Shown here in pieces: positions 10,372 through 23,815 of a DNA stretch of 64,000 nucleotides. Origin of the DNA: Eledone cirrhosa (Eukaryota); the NCBI GenBank assembly GCA_964016885.1, contig OZ024745.1, positions 79,112,001 through 79,176,000 of the forward strand, written 5' to 3'. The first letter of the stretch is position 1; the number at the start of each line of letters is the position of its first letter. Below the pieces are notes generated by a model. The model worked only from the letters and a program-made list of their open reading frames with translations, did not search any database and had not been told where the DNA came from. A program made the translations under genes and the position numbers.

Positions 10372-13300
10372 TCTAGAGCTCTGCCTTTCCTGCGAGCTCA
10401 CTTTAAAACAAATTAATCAAATTTACTGATATATAAATGGAGAGAGGAATTAGTATCAGCCACAACCAAAATTATTCCTTTTAACTAGATGTATGCACAT
10501 CTACACATACAAGTAGCCTTTAGGTTCAAATTTGAAATACCAAGAAAATATTTAATTTTTATGTTCTTTTGTTACATTTAAGTTAAAGTATTCAGTTATG
10601 AAGGTATGAGATGTTGTGGAGTTCATGCCTTTCCTAAAAGCAATTATGCGAAACTGATTTAAATGTAAATCAGAATCCACCAACAGAGCATTTCACCAGT
10701 TAGATCCTCTAAAACAAAAAGAAAAAAAAAAAAGAAAAACAATGATGAAAACTCAAAAAAGCAGCAGTTAAATGCAAGGAGATTTGAGATCATTGATTCC
10801 TAATAAAAAAGGCATATTTGGCAGTAGTTCTTTAAAATACCAGCAACTGAGATCAATATTAATGAGGTAAAAAGTAACCAAAAATTAAACACCTGAGAGT
10901 GGAATTGTCAAATTTCTAATTCAGTATTTATAAAAAAAAAAAAATAAAAAAATAAGTGGTGGAGAATATGCATTGAGCAGAAACTTTTATCTGATAAGCT
11001 GTAAGCAAAGAATAACTGACATTCCTGAGGTTACTTTCTATGAGAAGAGGACAGAAAACTGGACAATTTCTCAAAAGAAAGGAAAAAGAACATATATATA
11101 TTGTGCGAAATTGCACGCCAGTAAGGTGGCTGGAGATAGAGATGCAGGTGTCTGTCTTATGTAACTGGTTTTCAAATTCTGCTCGTTGTTTCTAAACATG
11201 TGCGTACGTGTAGTTCAAGAAATGACAAGACAAAATACACAGATGCAAAAACACAAAATCTTAGTTTCACACTTAGGAAGAAATAGAAGATAATGACATT
11301 TCAGATGTAAATCCTTCTCCAAGAAATGGAGAGAGAGAAACGGTTGGGACATCAGAATTTGGAGGGGAAAAAAAAAAGGCTTTAAGAAAGCTGGGGAATA
11401 GGCTGGTGTGCAGGGGTGGGGGCCAAAGTGGAGAGTCCAGGTGTGTCAAGGGTGTTATGTTTGTGGGGATATATATATACACACACACAAAGGTAGATTG
11501 AAGAAAAGGAGGATAAAGTTAAGGCCAATAAAAGAAAAAACATTTCACTAATTAAATTTGATATTTATGTGGAATGTTCAGATGAGGAAAACTGATGTAA
11601 AAAAAAAAAAAAAAAAAATTTGAAATCAGCTTTTATTTGCTGAATATCCTATGCACTATTGGTCCCTTAAAATAACTGAAATGAACAAATAAATAAAAAT
11701 CAAACCCAAGACTTTAGTTCTTAGATACAAAAACCACCTACTTTCAAGTAAAAAAATCTAACTGAAAAACCTTTTGTCAATGTCATGCAAGAACCTGTTC
11801 CTAAAAATCGTCTTATGAAAGTTATTTTACTAAAACTCTCCAGCTTTGTTATTTTCAAAATTAATAGATACTGGGAGTATCACATTAGAATATAGTCACA
11901 AAATGGTTTTAGATTATATATTACAGAAATCCTGTAAGCATCAACATTTTGGTTATTGTCTTACAATATTCTGTTATTGCTTATTATTTGAATCAAAATC
12001 AGTGCCATCATTAATCAATGGCTGTGAGAAATAAAAATATAAAACAAATTAACCCCCTCCCCTCTCTCACACACACACACAAATTGGTACCCTTTTTTTT
12101 GTTTGCTAATAACTATTTTTTTAAATATACACTTTCAGTGACATTTTATTGACCAAAAAAAATTGCTTATTTGCAATATTTTACATTCTCAGACTAAATA
12201 ATAAACAATAGTCCAATCCAAAGATTAATTTTTTTTTTATTAGTAAACTATGATTGCTTTATAAGGAAAAAAAAAAAAAAAAAATCAGACAACATTTTGA
12301 AGGAAAAATAAAAAATAAAAAAATCTTTTTTTATTTAAAATGGACTTTATTGCTCTATCTTGGACTTTCCTGATAAATTAACTATTGAAATTCGATAGAA
12401 GTATTGAAGTAAATGTAATTTTGGATGTTTTCTCTAGCAATCATAATGGTTTCTTTTCATTATAACCAAAGCCAATTTTTGCAAGTGGAAGCTTGATTCA
12501 ACATTAGTGTTTTACTGGTTTGCATTTTATCAAACCATGGAGGGAACAAAAAGCAAAATTGACTGGCAGGATTTGAACTTGAAATGTAGAGAGATGAAAC
12601 AAAGCACTGAATGTAAACAAATCATATATAACCTGTCATTTTACTGTTTCTGAAAACTCACCATGTTTCTTATAATGTAAAACAAGTTATATGTAATATT
12701 TTGAAAATATTGCCAAAATGATATGACAGGTGCCTTTCACATTTTAATGAGAAGCTATTAATATACAAAAAGTAAATAATATACATCTTTAGAAAGTGAT
12801 AGATTTACTTTTAGTTTAAATTTATGTTAAATGTTTATAAGATAAATACCAAAATATAACTAATGTTAGTTAAAAGTATCTAAGTATAACTCAAAAACAT
12901 TAGAAATTGATAAACTTTGTTAGAAACAAGTTACTTGTTTTCTCCCTCCCTGCAATCAATGATATGATTGACTGCAGTTATGTATAAAGATGTTGGGTAT
13001 GTTGGATTTCAAATGGGAAAAATTCATTTTATATATTTATTTTGTTCAAAACAAACTTGGAAAGAAAATTTTAGAATAGTTGATCTCGAGAAAAGCAGCA
13101 ACCACCCTGCTTCAAACAAGATGAATTAAAAAAAAAAAAATTTCATCAATGTAAATATGAGATTAAATACACAAAAACAAAACAAAAAAAATAAAAGATC
13201 TGAGATCCATGAAAGAAAGATCAATTACTTTGTGAAATAATATATACACGTCATAATAATGTCTGCAATTTAGATGAAATGGCACGGTGTGTTATATGTT

Positions 13301-14097
13301 AAGTACATAATATTCATAGTATGCTACTGATGAATATCAACACTGCTTCTTACCATTTTAGGTACTATTTTTACACACTAAATTTAAACACCCAGCATTT
13401 AATTTATAAAATGAAACTCAAATTCATCTCATCTCACATTTAGCATACTGAAATCCACTCCCAATACAATACACCACTAATGTATGCATGTAAAAATGCA
13501 CATATACAATACTTTTACACTATTCTATTTATTCCACATTCTCTCCAACACAGGTACAGTATATTGCCATATAATCATAACATTTTATAAAGGACATGCA
13601 AAGTAACAATGTTCAGAACACCTTTCAATAGCCACAAGATGCTATGAATATGTGGTAGTGTGTGTGTTTAAAAAATAATAATCAAAATAAAATGAAAAGT
13701 GACAATACAAGATATGAGTTGATTTTTCATTTTTGAAGCTTAGCCAAAAATGCTTCTAAATCGATTGTGGACAAGCAGAGGATGAATGAAAAGTGAAAAA
13801 AATTGTTTCAAACAAGACCAATATTTATGAGAGATTAGAGATATTTAGGGTTTCTTCTCAAAAAGAACTTTTGACTGTCTACAGAATCAAATATATGGCA
13901 GTGATTAAACAGAGAATTTAAAAAAATTATAGCAAATTTACAAACAGGACTTCCAAGTTGACAAGAGAAATGCTGAGGAACCCCCAAAATGTAGAAATTG
14001 GAAGTTGTAATCGCTAACTGGAAGCCAGAATATACCTGCAAATAGCCTCTCTTCTTACCTTGCTTTTAATCTGCGTATGAATGTATACACAGACACG

Positions 14098-14145
<48 letters not shown>

Positions 14146-14535
14146 CACAAAGAATTATTTACTATACATTTATGAAAAATATAGAAGGAAAAAAAAGGAC
14201 TAACAAGTTTTCTCAAGTATTTATCAATTGTAAAATGAATTGGCAGGTATAAAACTGGAATATTCCATTGATTGAAATAAACTCCAATAGTAAAAAAAGC
14301 CCACCCATTCCCATCTTGTTCTTGTTTATTATCTTTTGATTTTAGATGAATTCCAAGAAATTGCAATTTGTTTTTTTAGTGTTAACAAAACTAATCAAAT
14401 TTCATTTTTTCAGGGATATTTTTCCTCACACACACTCTTTCAGATCATATTAAATCTCCTAGACTTCAATCCCCAAATATTCAAGCTGCCATGTGTCATC
14501 TGGGGCATGAGGTTAAATGGACTACATCAACTATG
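9610..14535 (-). other. PAIP2: Putative long PAIP2 3'UTR with several candidate poly(A) signals
   Basis: Follows the PAIP2 stop codon; nearly free of transposons; many U-tracts. AATAAA (minus) at 12346-12351, 12145-12150 and 9629-9634, the last followed by a GU-rich element. Confidence 0.5.
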
Positions 14536-14595
14536 CTAAAAGCCAGTGGAAGGAATAAACTCTGGAGCATTTGGATTTAGCCGACTGTTTGCAAT
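14536..14595 (-). CDS. PAIP2: PAIP2 last coding exon (PAM2 motif)
   Basis: ttttcag|IANSRLNPNAPEFIPSTGF*, matching the canonical PAM2 SxLNPNAxEFxP; phase 0. Confidence 0.93.
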   Translation of the reverse strand: MANSRLNPNAPEFIPSTGF

Positions 14596-16139
14596 CTGAA
14601 AATGAGGAAATAGAGTATAGTAAATGAAAAATACAAAAAAATATATAAAAAAAAACAAATCTAGAATACTACGTTTTTCCCCTCGTGCATACATATATTT
14701 GTGCTAGAATGGATTTTGTAAATGTGTATACCTATCTGTCGTGAATTTCCTAGATGTGACACTAAATATGTCGAACAGACTGTACTACCCATAGAGAAAG
14801 CCTAATGATACGTTAAACTACATTAGTAAACATTCTAATCATCCAGCCAGCATAACCAAACATCTCATTGAGACTTTCCTGTTTATCAGCTAATGAACAT
14901 ATCTTCACCAATCATTCTACATATTACAATGAAGCTCTAGTCTGGTGTGGATTTCTAGATAAGGCAGAACACAGTAAGTACAAGCAAAAACCTAAGAAAA
15001 ATAGATCCACATGCATTATACAGTATAAACATCATATAATATGGAAGTGGTCACACTAATACCTAAAGCCTTTCTTATTTTAATTGGGAAACATTTCGAC
15101 TTAGCACATAAATATCACAAGATTTTAATAGAAATACAGTTAAAATATACTATTCCACAACTCCCAATCTCGCACACATCACTGTGTCTAAGTTAGGAAA
15201 AATACCTAGCCATAGTAATATAAACAATCCTGAAGTTCTAGCTGCAATTCTATCAATAGGGACTACTGCCCTCTAGCCAGGAAATGCCTATCAAGAAGGA
15301 ATATGACTTCACTTTCAGCTTATATCCAAAATAAGTTACACTCAGAGATCTTAGCTAAAGTTAGATTCTATAACAGAAATAAAAGACCATGGGATCTTTG
15401 TGCTGCCAAAGCCCTGGAAATCCTTTACGCCAATGAACGAATCGTAAAAAATCTGAGGCAGTTTCAGTTTGTAAACAAACTGTATAAACATTTTTGTACT
15501 ATAGCCCATTATATCCTAATGGATAATATGGACACTATGCTGATGATATACATCATGATGTGGTAGCTAAGAGCAATCTAATTTTATAATCAATTCTGTG
15601 TGTGTGTGTGTGTGTGTGTAAACACTTTATTTGTATGTAGGTGTATGCACATGTATATACATATGAATATTGAATGGATATGTGTATATATGTATGTGTA
15701 CATTTATACACATACACAAACATACATGTGTATATATGTATATGTGAGTGTATAATTTTTATATACTATATCTTCGTTTACACATACTTATGTATGAGCC
15801 TAAATCTGAAAACATTATTAATGTTCTCATTATTATTATTACTTTTATTATTATTATTACTTTTACTATTATTAATACCTTTAGTATTTTTTCTACATCT
15901 ACAGATTAATTTTTCAGTTTCGGATTTTTTTTGCTTAAACATTTAATCTGTGCTAATAATATATATATCATCATCATCGTTTAACATCTATCTCCCACGC
16001 TAGCATGGGTTTAGACGGGAATTGTCCCATGTGAGGCAAAATTAGTCGTCTTGCTCGTATAGGACTGTCTGGCGGGTTTTCTACAGCTGGATGCCCTTCC
16101 TAACACCAACCACGCTTACAATATATTTTTTTTAGGAGA

Positions 16140-16680
16140 AGAATGTGGAAGTTGAAGGACCCTACAGCCAGTAACAAATTTAGAGGCATGCTTTTGACAG
16201 TAAGGAAGAGCAAATAGAGACATACAATATAAAGAAGCAGTGAGAATTCCTGCAAGATAATCTACTGATGGCCACAAATGAAATCTGTGGCTGGAGCAGA
16301 CCTCTAAGGAGAAGGAAAGTGACTTGATGGTGGAACAGTAGGGTGGAGGAGACAATCAAAGCCAAAAGGCAGGCTTGGAAAGAATAGCAGGATGGAAGAA
16401 ATAGAGAACACTACCAGGTGGCTAGGAGAGAAGCTAGGTAACAAGTGTACTTTGTAAGATAAAAAATTTAAGCATGTTCTGCAACTTGAAGACCAAAGAT
16501 GTGAGGTGTTGAGGATTGCAAGATAATGTGTCGCGGAAAATTGTGATATTATTGGGGAGAAGTGTGTCTGTGATGATAAAGGAGTACTTGCTCTGACTGA
16601 TACTAAGAAGGTAGCATGGAAGTGCCACTATCAAAGACTAGCAAATGTGGCGACTGAATAGAATAAAGTCAGTTTGCCAT
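16140..16680 (+). mobile_element. Decayed RTE-like LINE fragment
   Basis: Homologous to the reverse complement of 2600-2730 (e.g. GAGAAGTGTGTCTGTGATGATAAAGG). Confidence 0.6.
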
Positions 16681-16854
16681 GTCCATTGCAGGGTTAAATC
16701 CCCAGCTATCGCTGGTACTTGTTTTTAGCTAAGTATACTGAAGCAGCCTGAAATGAAGTGTTTTGCTCAAGAACAAAACACCCAACCCACATACTGCTAC
16801 TATACATATACATGTACATATTAATTAGAATATTTTTTACATAGAAAAATATAC

Positions 16855-16989
16855 CTGTTCTTTTGTGAGGGGTGTAGATAAATGAATGTCATTGAATCTT
16901 TCTGTTAGACAATTTTTTGATAACGAACTGCATTGCTGCCCTTCAGTTAACATTTCTTCATATGCTTCTTCCAAGCGATTCCATTCCAA
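16855..16989 (-). CDS. PAIP2: PAIP2 middle exon, variant B (45 aa)
   Basis: tttccag|LEWNRLEEAYEEMLTEGQQCSSLSKNCLTERFNDIHLSTPLTKEQ|gtat; 135 nt, phase 0-0. EEML and FND resemble vertebrate PAIP2. Confidence 0.85.
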
Positions 16990-17889
16990 CTGGAAATGAA
17001 ACAGGTTATGATTATTTAATAGCTATAGACAAAATATTTAAAACCAAAATTTTATTTCACCCTGTTTAGAGCTACTATTATGGTTAATTAGCCAGTCCTG
17101 ATCAGGCAGACCCATGATGAAAGGCTTTCAATCTCATCTTTTAATCAGGTATAGCTTATTACATTATTACATTATCCTATACGTCCTTCCCTTTGTTGGT
17201 ACTATGATGTGATTTAAAATTGATTTGCCTGCTGTTAAAAGCAGATTGAGCAACCACAGGCTCGATTACTAGGATGGTATAGGGAAATAACTGTCATAAT
17301 TGATCAAGCATCTGTCAAAATGACTTGCAGTGTTTAGTTATCTCAAAGTAGATTGAGTACCAGTAATATATTGTTCATGCCATTCTCTTTTTCTGTCAAG
17401 CCTGAAGGATCATCAAGCTGGTTTCCTCACTGTAAAGTCACAGAGTATAAAACTCTCTCTCTCTGAACAGGATGCCTGCCAACTGCATGGTTAACTTCCA
17501 GTTGTGTACTGGAGCAACCTGAAATGAAGTGTTTAGCTCAAGATCACGTGCCACCTGGTCCAGAACCTATTGTGATTGTAAGTTGCAAAACCATAACTAC
17601 TAGGGCATGCACCTTGACTGACTATACCATTCCTTAATAAATTTATAGCAATGTAAGCATTATTAAACTTAAAATTTCACAAACTCTGTTGTAACATTTC
17701 TACAGCTTTCTCATTTTCAAAGATTGCAGAACTGTCAGAATACCAACAAAATATTATACTATACTCAGATATAGAAAACAACTTGTCTTTTATAGAATTC
17801 TCAAGATGTAAGGATATTTTGATTGTTACTTTGGGGTATTCACAAAAAATTTAGCAATAATTTTATAGATGGATCAACAGGCATACCTT

Positions 17890-18248
17890 ATATACCAGTT
17901 GCTGGGCTGTGTGCTTTTTGTCGCGACACCTACATGACCACACTGTAAAGTGGTCATGTAGGCGTCATGACAAAAAGCACCCAGCCCACACTAAAGTGGT
18001 CATGTAAGTGTCGCGACAAAAATCTCCCAGTCCACCCTGTAAAGTGGTCGTGTAGGTGTCATGACAAAAAGCACCCAGCTAACACTTTAAATGTGGCTGG
18101 CATTAGGCAGGGCATCCAGCTGAAGAAACCAAGCCAGAAACAGTTCTGTATGAGCAAGACATGGTCACCTGACCCAAGTTGCCTTAAATGAGACAACCAT
18201 CTAACCTAATCTAAGGAGGAAAATAACCATTAAACGATGATGATGATA
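17890..18248. mobile_element. Family-B retroposon copy with internal tandem units
   Basis: Ends TTAAACGATGATGATGAT; contains repeated CACTGTAAAGTGGTCATGTAGG units. Confidence 0.7.
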
Positions 18249-19007
18249 ACATTTGTGCTATAAAGTAAATGACTAAATAACATTCAGACCTTATCTATCC
18301 ATAATTCTACAGCCAATAGAGGAAAATCAAAGTTTCCTCTGAACTTGCGAACAAAATAAATATAGAAGGGGCTGTCCTCTTTACAGCCATCAAAGTTGAC
18401 CACACTGAGATTGAAATAAATTATGTATTCTGTGCAAAAACTGGTGGTTGCTGCATTATACTTCTCTTATTTAGAACATTAAGGTGTTAATAATTTGGTA
18501 GCTTTTTATGATGTATATCAAGAGCAAATCTACACGAGTCTATATCTTTAACTACAGCTGAGTTTATAGATATGTGTAAGGAAAATTAAATTATTAAAAA
18601 AGTAATTAATAAGCAGTGTCATGGACTCAATTCACTGTCACTTGTTATTCATACCTAATAGAATAACTGGTACTAGATGAGCTAATGAAGGAGCTTCCAG
18701 TCAAATTTACATCAAACCACACCCTACACTCTTAAAAAAAGAAAAGACATTGGATAATGTAGTCCTAGATACATAAATGTCTGGAGATAACCACAGCTGG
18801 AACATCTTTCATCATAAATCTACTTAACTCGGATGGACCTGGAGTTAAACAACAACAACAACTGGTATCAGAGGATAGGAAGTATGGTAGGGCTTTTTAA
18901 AATTTCAAATCAAGATACTGAACTAAGAATTGATGAAAAAGACTCCCTAGTACTAGATTTAAAAAGGTCGCGGTAGGACTTGAGATTAGGATAAAAATAA
19001 AAATCAC

Positions 19008-19136
19008 CTGGTCTTCTGTGAGGGGAATAGGAGGTACCTCAGCCCCATTCAATTTTGATTTTAGCGGACAATTTCCTGATGAGAAAAGCCACCATTGTCC
19101 TTCCTTCAACATTTCTTCCAAGAACTCTTTTTCCAC
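19008..19136 (-). CDS. PAIP2: PAIP2 middle exon, variant A (43 aa), paralogous to 16855-16989
   Basis: ttttgatttag|VEKEFLEEMLKEGQWWLFSSGNCPLKSKLNGAEVPPIPLTEDQ|gtgatt; 129 nt, phase 0-0. Shares EEML.EGQ, NC and PLT..Q with variant B. Confidence 0.8.
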
Positions 19137-22100
19137 CTAAATCAAAAGATAAAACCACTGAAGTGTTCAAAACAAGAAAAGACGTTGCAACATCAAGGCT
19201 GGTCTTATGCCTTTTCTATCAAATTTTGAAGGAAAAAAAACATTGTCACAAGTCAAAATTTTCATAGAGGGAGAATATAATTGAAAAGCAAAATCAGTAA
19301 GATTTCAACTAAGCACTTGAAAAATATGAAAATAATATTTTATGATGTTTACTCCAACAACTGATTCTGCCACCCTATTACTCCGATATAAATAAAGGCA
19401 TGACTGTGAAGTTAATTTCACAACTATGTGGGTTTGAGTGTAATCTCACTGCACGACACCTTCACCAAGTGTCTTCTATAGTTTCAGGTCAACTGAAGTT
19501 TTATGAATGAATTTGATAGATAGAAACTATAAAGAAGCCCATCATTGTGTGTGTGAGAGAGAGCGGCATGCAGCTATATAACAAGTGGTGTAGTTTGTCT
19601 CAAGAAAGTCTTGTCCAACTAATGCCTGCAAAGAAAAGTCCAACGAAAACAATGAGGTAATAAAAATTGATATATTTTTATATTCTTATCAAAGTTTCTT
19701 TTGCCTTCAAATCTCCATTCTACAGAGAGAAAAAACTATTTCTTAACGACGATGATGATAATTTCAGCTAGTCAAAATCAACATCATTATCACCATTTTA
19801 CATCCCCTTTCCATGTTGGCATAGGTTAGAGCAACCAATCTTGCTCAATATATTCTATATTTGGTATGGTTTCTACAGCTGCATACCCCTCCTAATGCCA
19901 AGTACTTTACAGAGCATATTGGGTGCATTTAATTACACTACCACTTTACAGAGTGCACTGGATGCATTTAGTCATAGCCTCAAGACCATCCTTTTCCAGA
20001 GTGTACTAGGTGCATTATATTGTACCACTAGTACTAGAGAAGCGAGACTAACAGAATCCCCTCTACATCGTTTCCGTTTGAAAGCGAAACAATTTACAAT
20101 ATACAGGGTTCATTTTATCATGGCACCAACACTAGTGAGTTTGCCTTGAATTCTGTAAAATCTAAGGGGGTGCTCACTACCTAATGTCCTTGTTTAATCA
20201 AAAGAGCAACTAGGAAAGCATGACAAAAATACCAGGGTAAATAGAATAAAGTAAGAGAAAGAGAGAGAGAGACAATGAATTGGATGGTCTGGTCAAAGGG
20301 GATGTAACTAGTAAAAATTTTAAATACCCTTGCAATGAGAACTAACTTGTCCTTAGTTATACGAACATCACCTGTATATTCTGCTTGATCTCAGATCACT
20401 AGCATTTAGTCAACCCTTTCATTACCCTATTTCTAATGAATTATGCTACCTATGGTTTTCAAATCATTCTGAAAATAATAAAAATTTGGAGGGATTTAGT
20501 AATATAAGTAATTTTCTCATCAAGAACATAAGTTGGAAATGTTCTTACATAAAATTATGATGGCAGGTTTTTAGATAAATGATAACATGGCCTTGTGTAT
20601 CTGGTTAGAACGAATAGACCATGTTCCAGCGTATTGTAAGAAACAAATATGAATTGGTGTTAGGCTGTAAAACTGTTGCCGCAAAATGTCCTGCCCAACT
20701 CAGCATGAAACGTTGACGTAAAATTGATGATGACAATAAACACTTTAAAATAAACAGTTTTGTATTATAGGAACAGAATTAACTCTTTCAATACTAAACA
20801 CATGGTTTGGTACTGAAAAGGTAAAAACTCTTAGGATCTAAAACATAATTACAGTCAATCATTGCCATCAAGACATAACCAAACAGAAACATCTACATGG
20901 TTGCTTGACATGCTTGAAATAGCAACTAAACCTCCCTCAAAATCAGACCCTAAAACCTGAATAATTTTCCATTGTTTCCTTGGATCTAAAGGCATATCTG
21001 AAAAGTTCTGATATTAATATAAACTTTGATAACTTGCATACATATTTTTGTTGTTAGCCTTCAAATAATATCAATATCATAGTTTTGTGGTTGAACTTCT
21101 AAACTTTAATACAAAAAGGTAATGCAATGCAGGATTCTCTATACTTTAGCAATGAAGTTTCTGGCAACCCAAGAGAGTCAAATCTAAATCTTAGAAGCAA
21201 ACAGCACTGGTCTTATCATTTAACATCTATTTTCCCTGCTGGCAAGAATTGGTCACCTCAAACAAAAATAATTCTGTGATTCAAAAGAAATATAAAAATG
21301 TGAAAACAATATACGGCCATTAGGATGTATTCAAAAGTATAGTTTACTTGTATCAATAAAGTATGCACTGAATACAGTTCTGATAATTAAAGAGACATTT
21401 AGAAGATCTAGGTAACAATTTTGACATACTTTGTAGAGAAGCATAGCCTCAGTTATATGCTATGATTTTAATCTCTAAAAATATAGATAAGTTAGAGCTC
21501 CTCAATTGATTGAGAAAAGGTTTCGGAGGTTAAGGTTAGTAAAATATTTTGAAGATTTGCTATAACAATAGAGGGATATAAAACAAATCTGATACACACT
21601 GGGTGGAAAAAAATACATTTAGATCAATCAAAGAAGATTTTAAATGAATTTCAACTAGAAACTGATAATGTTGAATGTCATGAGATAATATAAAATCTTT
21701 ATACAATAAACTACAACCAAACTAGAAAAATAACAGCAAGTCCAATTCCAAACACTGATCTGTGCCTTCACTTCCAACATAGCAAAGGTGATGAAAAATA
21801 GTAGTAAATAACTACGTTATCATTCTGAGTATCGTTCACTTCTCAACAACCACTGAGTTTTATGTTAAGCTAAATCTACTGGATATTAGTTATCTTACAT
21901 CAGGCACCAGTCATTTCTCTTTCTGACGAATTTCAATAAAAATAATGTTGTCCTTGAAACATAACTGGCATGACCATCTAGCCAAGATAATCACTTATAC
22001 GTGACATCAAATGCATTTCTTGGACTAAAAGTTTGTTTTCTGGCCACTAACTGGCAAGCATCAACATCCAGAGTATTGTCAGTTTCAAGTTCAATTATAG

Positions 22101-22445
22101 ACAAATTGATTAAAGCTGCACTATGCTCATAAAGACAATTCTTTGGTTCAGTCCAGTTTACTTTAAGGATCAAGAATGCACAGTAAATCACCAAGTACCT
22201 TGTTAACATACAGTACCAAATTCAAATCCTGTGAATCTAAAGGAAATAAAAGCTTCAGTAGTTTCACTAATGGCCCATTTCGAAGATCTAGGACCTGGCT
22301 CTAAACATAGTCCATCTCATGTTAAATTCAACATGCAGAAATATTCAGTTATCTGAGTTGAGTTGGAAGAACTTTCCAACAATAAGAATGCAATAATTAT
22401 TTTTAACCTCCATACATAAAATTAGAAAATAAAAAAGCACTTTAC

Positions 22446-22556
22446 CTGCCGATCAAAATTCTCTACACCTTCCTCTCCCATCCACATATATTCCGAAAAA
22501 TCAACTTCTGATTTCTCAGGTTCAACTTCCATTTTAATTTTATTTGGATACTTCAT
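22446..22556 (-). CDS. PAIP2: PAIP2 first coding exon
   Basis: Acceptor cttgttag at 22563; ATG at 22556; MKYPNKIKMEVEPEKSEVDFSEYMWMGEEGVENFDRQ|gtaaa. Matches the PAIP2 hallmark F.EYMWM...F.RQ. Confidence 0.93.
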
Positions 22557-23529
22557 ATCTACCTAACAAGAAATATGAAAAAGAAAACAGAAGTCAGAAT
22601 ATCTTTTAACACAGAAACAATAAGGAGATTAAGAAAAACAAAATATTATATTCAAGATTAATTAAAACTGCTTCCACTTAATCCTGTGACATTTAATATC
22701 CATGAATTAGCTATATGGCATTACACAATTGAATTATGAAGTATGCTATTTATATTGAGGTTATATCTGTAACACAGTACCTGCTATAAACATTTTGAAA
22801 AAAAATGAATTTCTTACATGCATGTTAAATATTCAGGAAAAATCCACTAATGTTAAATTGAATATAACTTCATTATGAACAATTTTGGTATATGTATAGC
22901 TACTTTTCAAGCTTGACAATGTCAGGTATACTACTAGTATACAAATATAATTTAAAATCTTTTTCCCAGAAAACTCGCCACTATAAACTATACCTTAACT
23001 ATAAACAAGCCTAAATGGGAGCCTCTGCATAGTCAATCAATCTGCTAGAAATAGCTAATTTTCTCAAACTGTTCATTATTACATTCCTAAATAAAAACAC
23101 TGCTTATGTTTAAAATGATTTTGAAAATAATCAAGAAGTTGGAGGGATTTAGTAATATAAGTTTCTCAATATTCAGCTAGTATTTTGAACATAAAGGATC
23201 ACACATAAAATTATGATAGAATATTTTTAAATAAATATAAACGTTTTAAAATATAGTTTTGTATCATAGAATCAGAGGTAGGGCACACAAACATGTGGCT
23301 AAATTACAGTCTGTGTAATTACATCAGAGAGAGTGTGTGTGAACAATAAAAAATATTCCATCATCACTACCCCAATGGTATACGAGCCCAGATGGAGTGG
23401 GAGAACACTCCAGGCGCAAGCCACTTCGTGGACAGAATGAAGAAAACGTTAGAGGGGACACATTGAAATAACCATTGACTAAAAAAAAAGGGGGGGCACA
23501 CAATGTACCTGGTGTACATATAAAATAAG

Positions 23530-23815
23530 ATGGCAAAAATTAGTTTAACCCGTAATAACCTCTCAGAGACCTACATTAAGGACACGTGTTTATGGAATCC
23601 ATGGCCACTTGCACATTCATTTCATGAGCATGTTGTTCTGTTGATCAAATCAACTAACACATGCCGCAAGCGACAGACCAGTGACTGGCAATACCAACCA
23701 CTACCTACCCACACATGGAAATGGCATGGAACCAACTGCAAGATTTATTGGCCACAACAGCAACGACCCAGATACATGAACAAAGCAACAACTTTGTATA
23801 AATAAATAAAGCCAG
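23530..23815 (+). mobile_element. Possible decayed Penelope GIY-YIG endonuclease C-terminal fragment
   Basis: Frameshifted similarity to the vY.I.C..c...Y.G...H....W pattern; heavily degraded. Confidence 0.3.

Noticed and set aside
21991-22209. 72-aa minus-strand ORF inside a PAIP2 intron as a separate gene or third duplicated exon
   Set aside because: No similarity to the duplicated exons or to any protein I recognise, and no in-frame splice sites.
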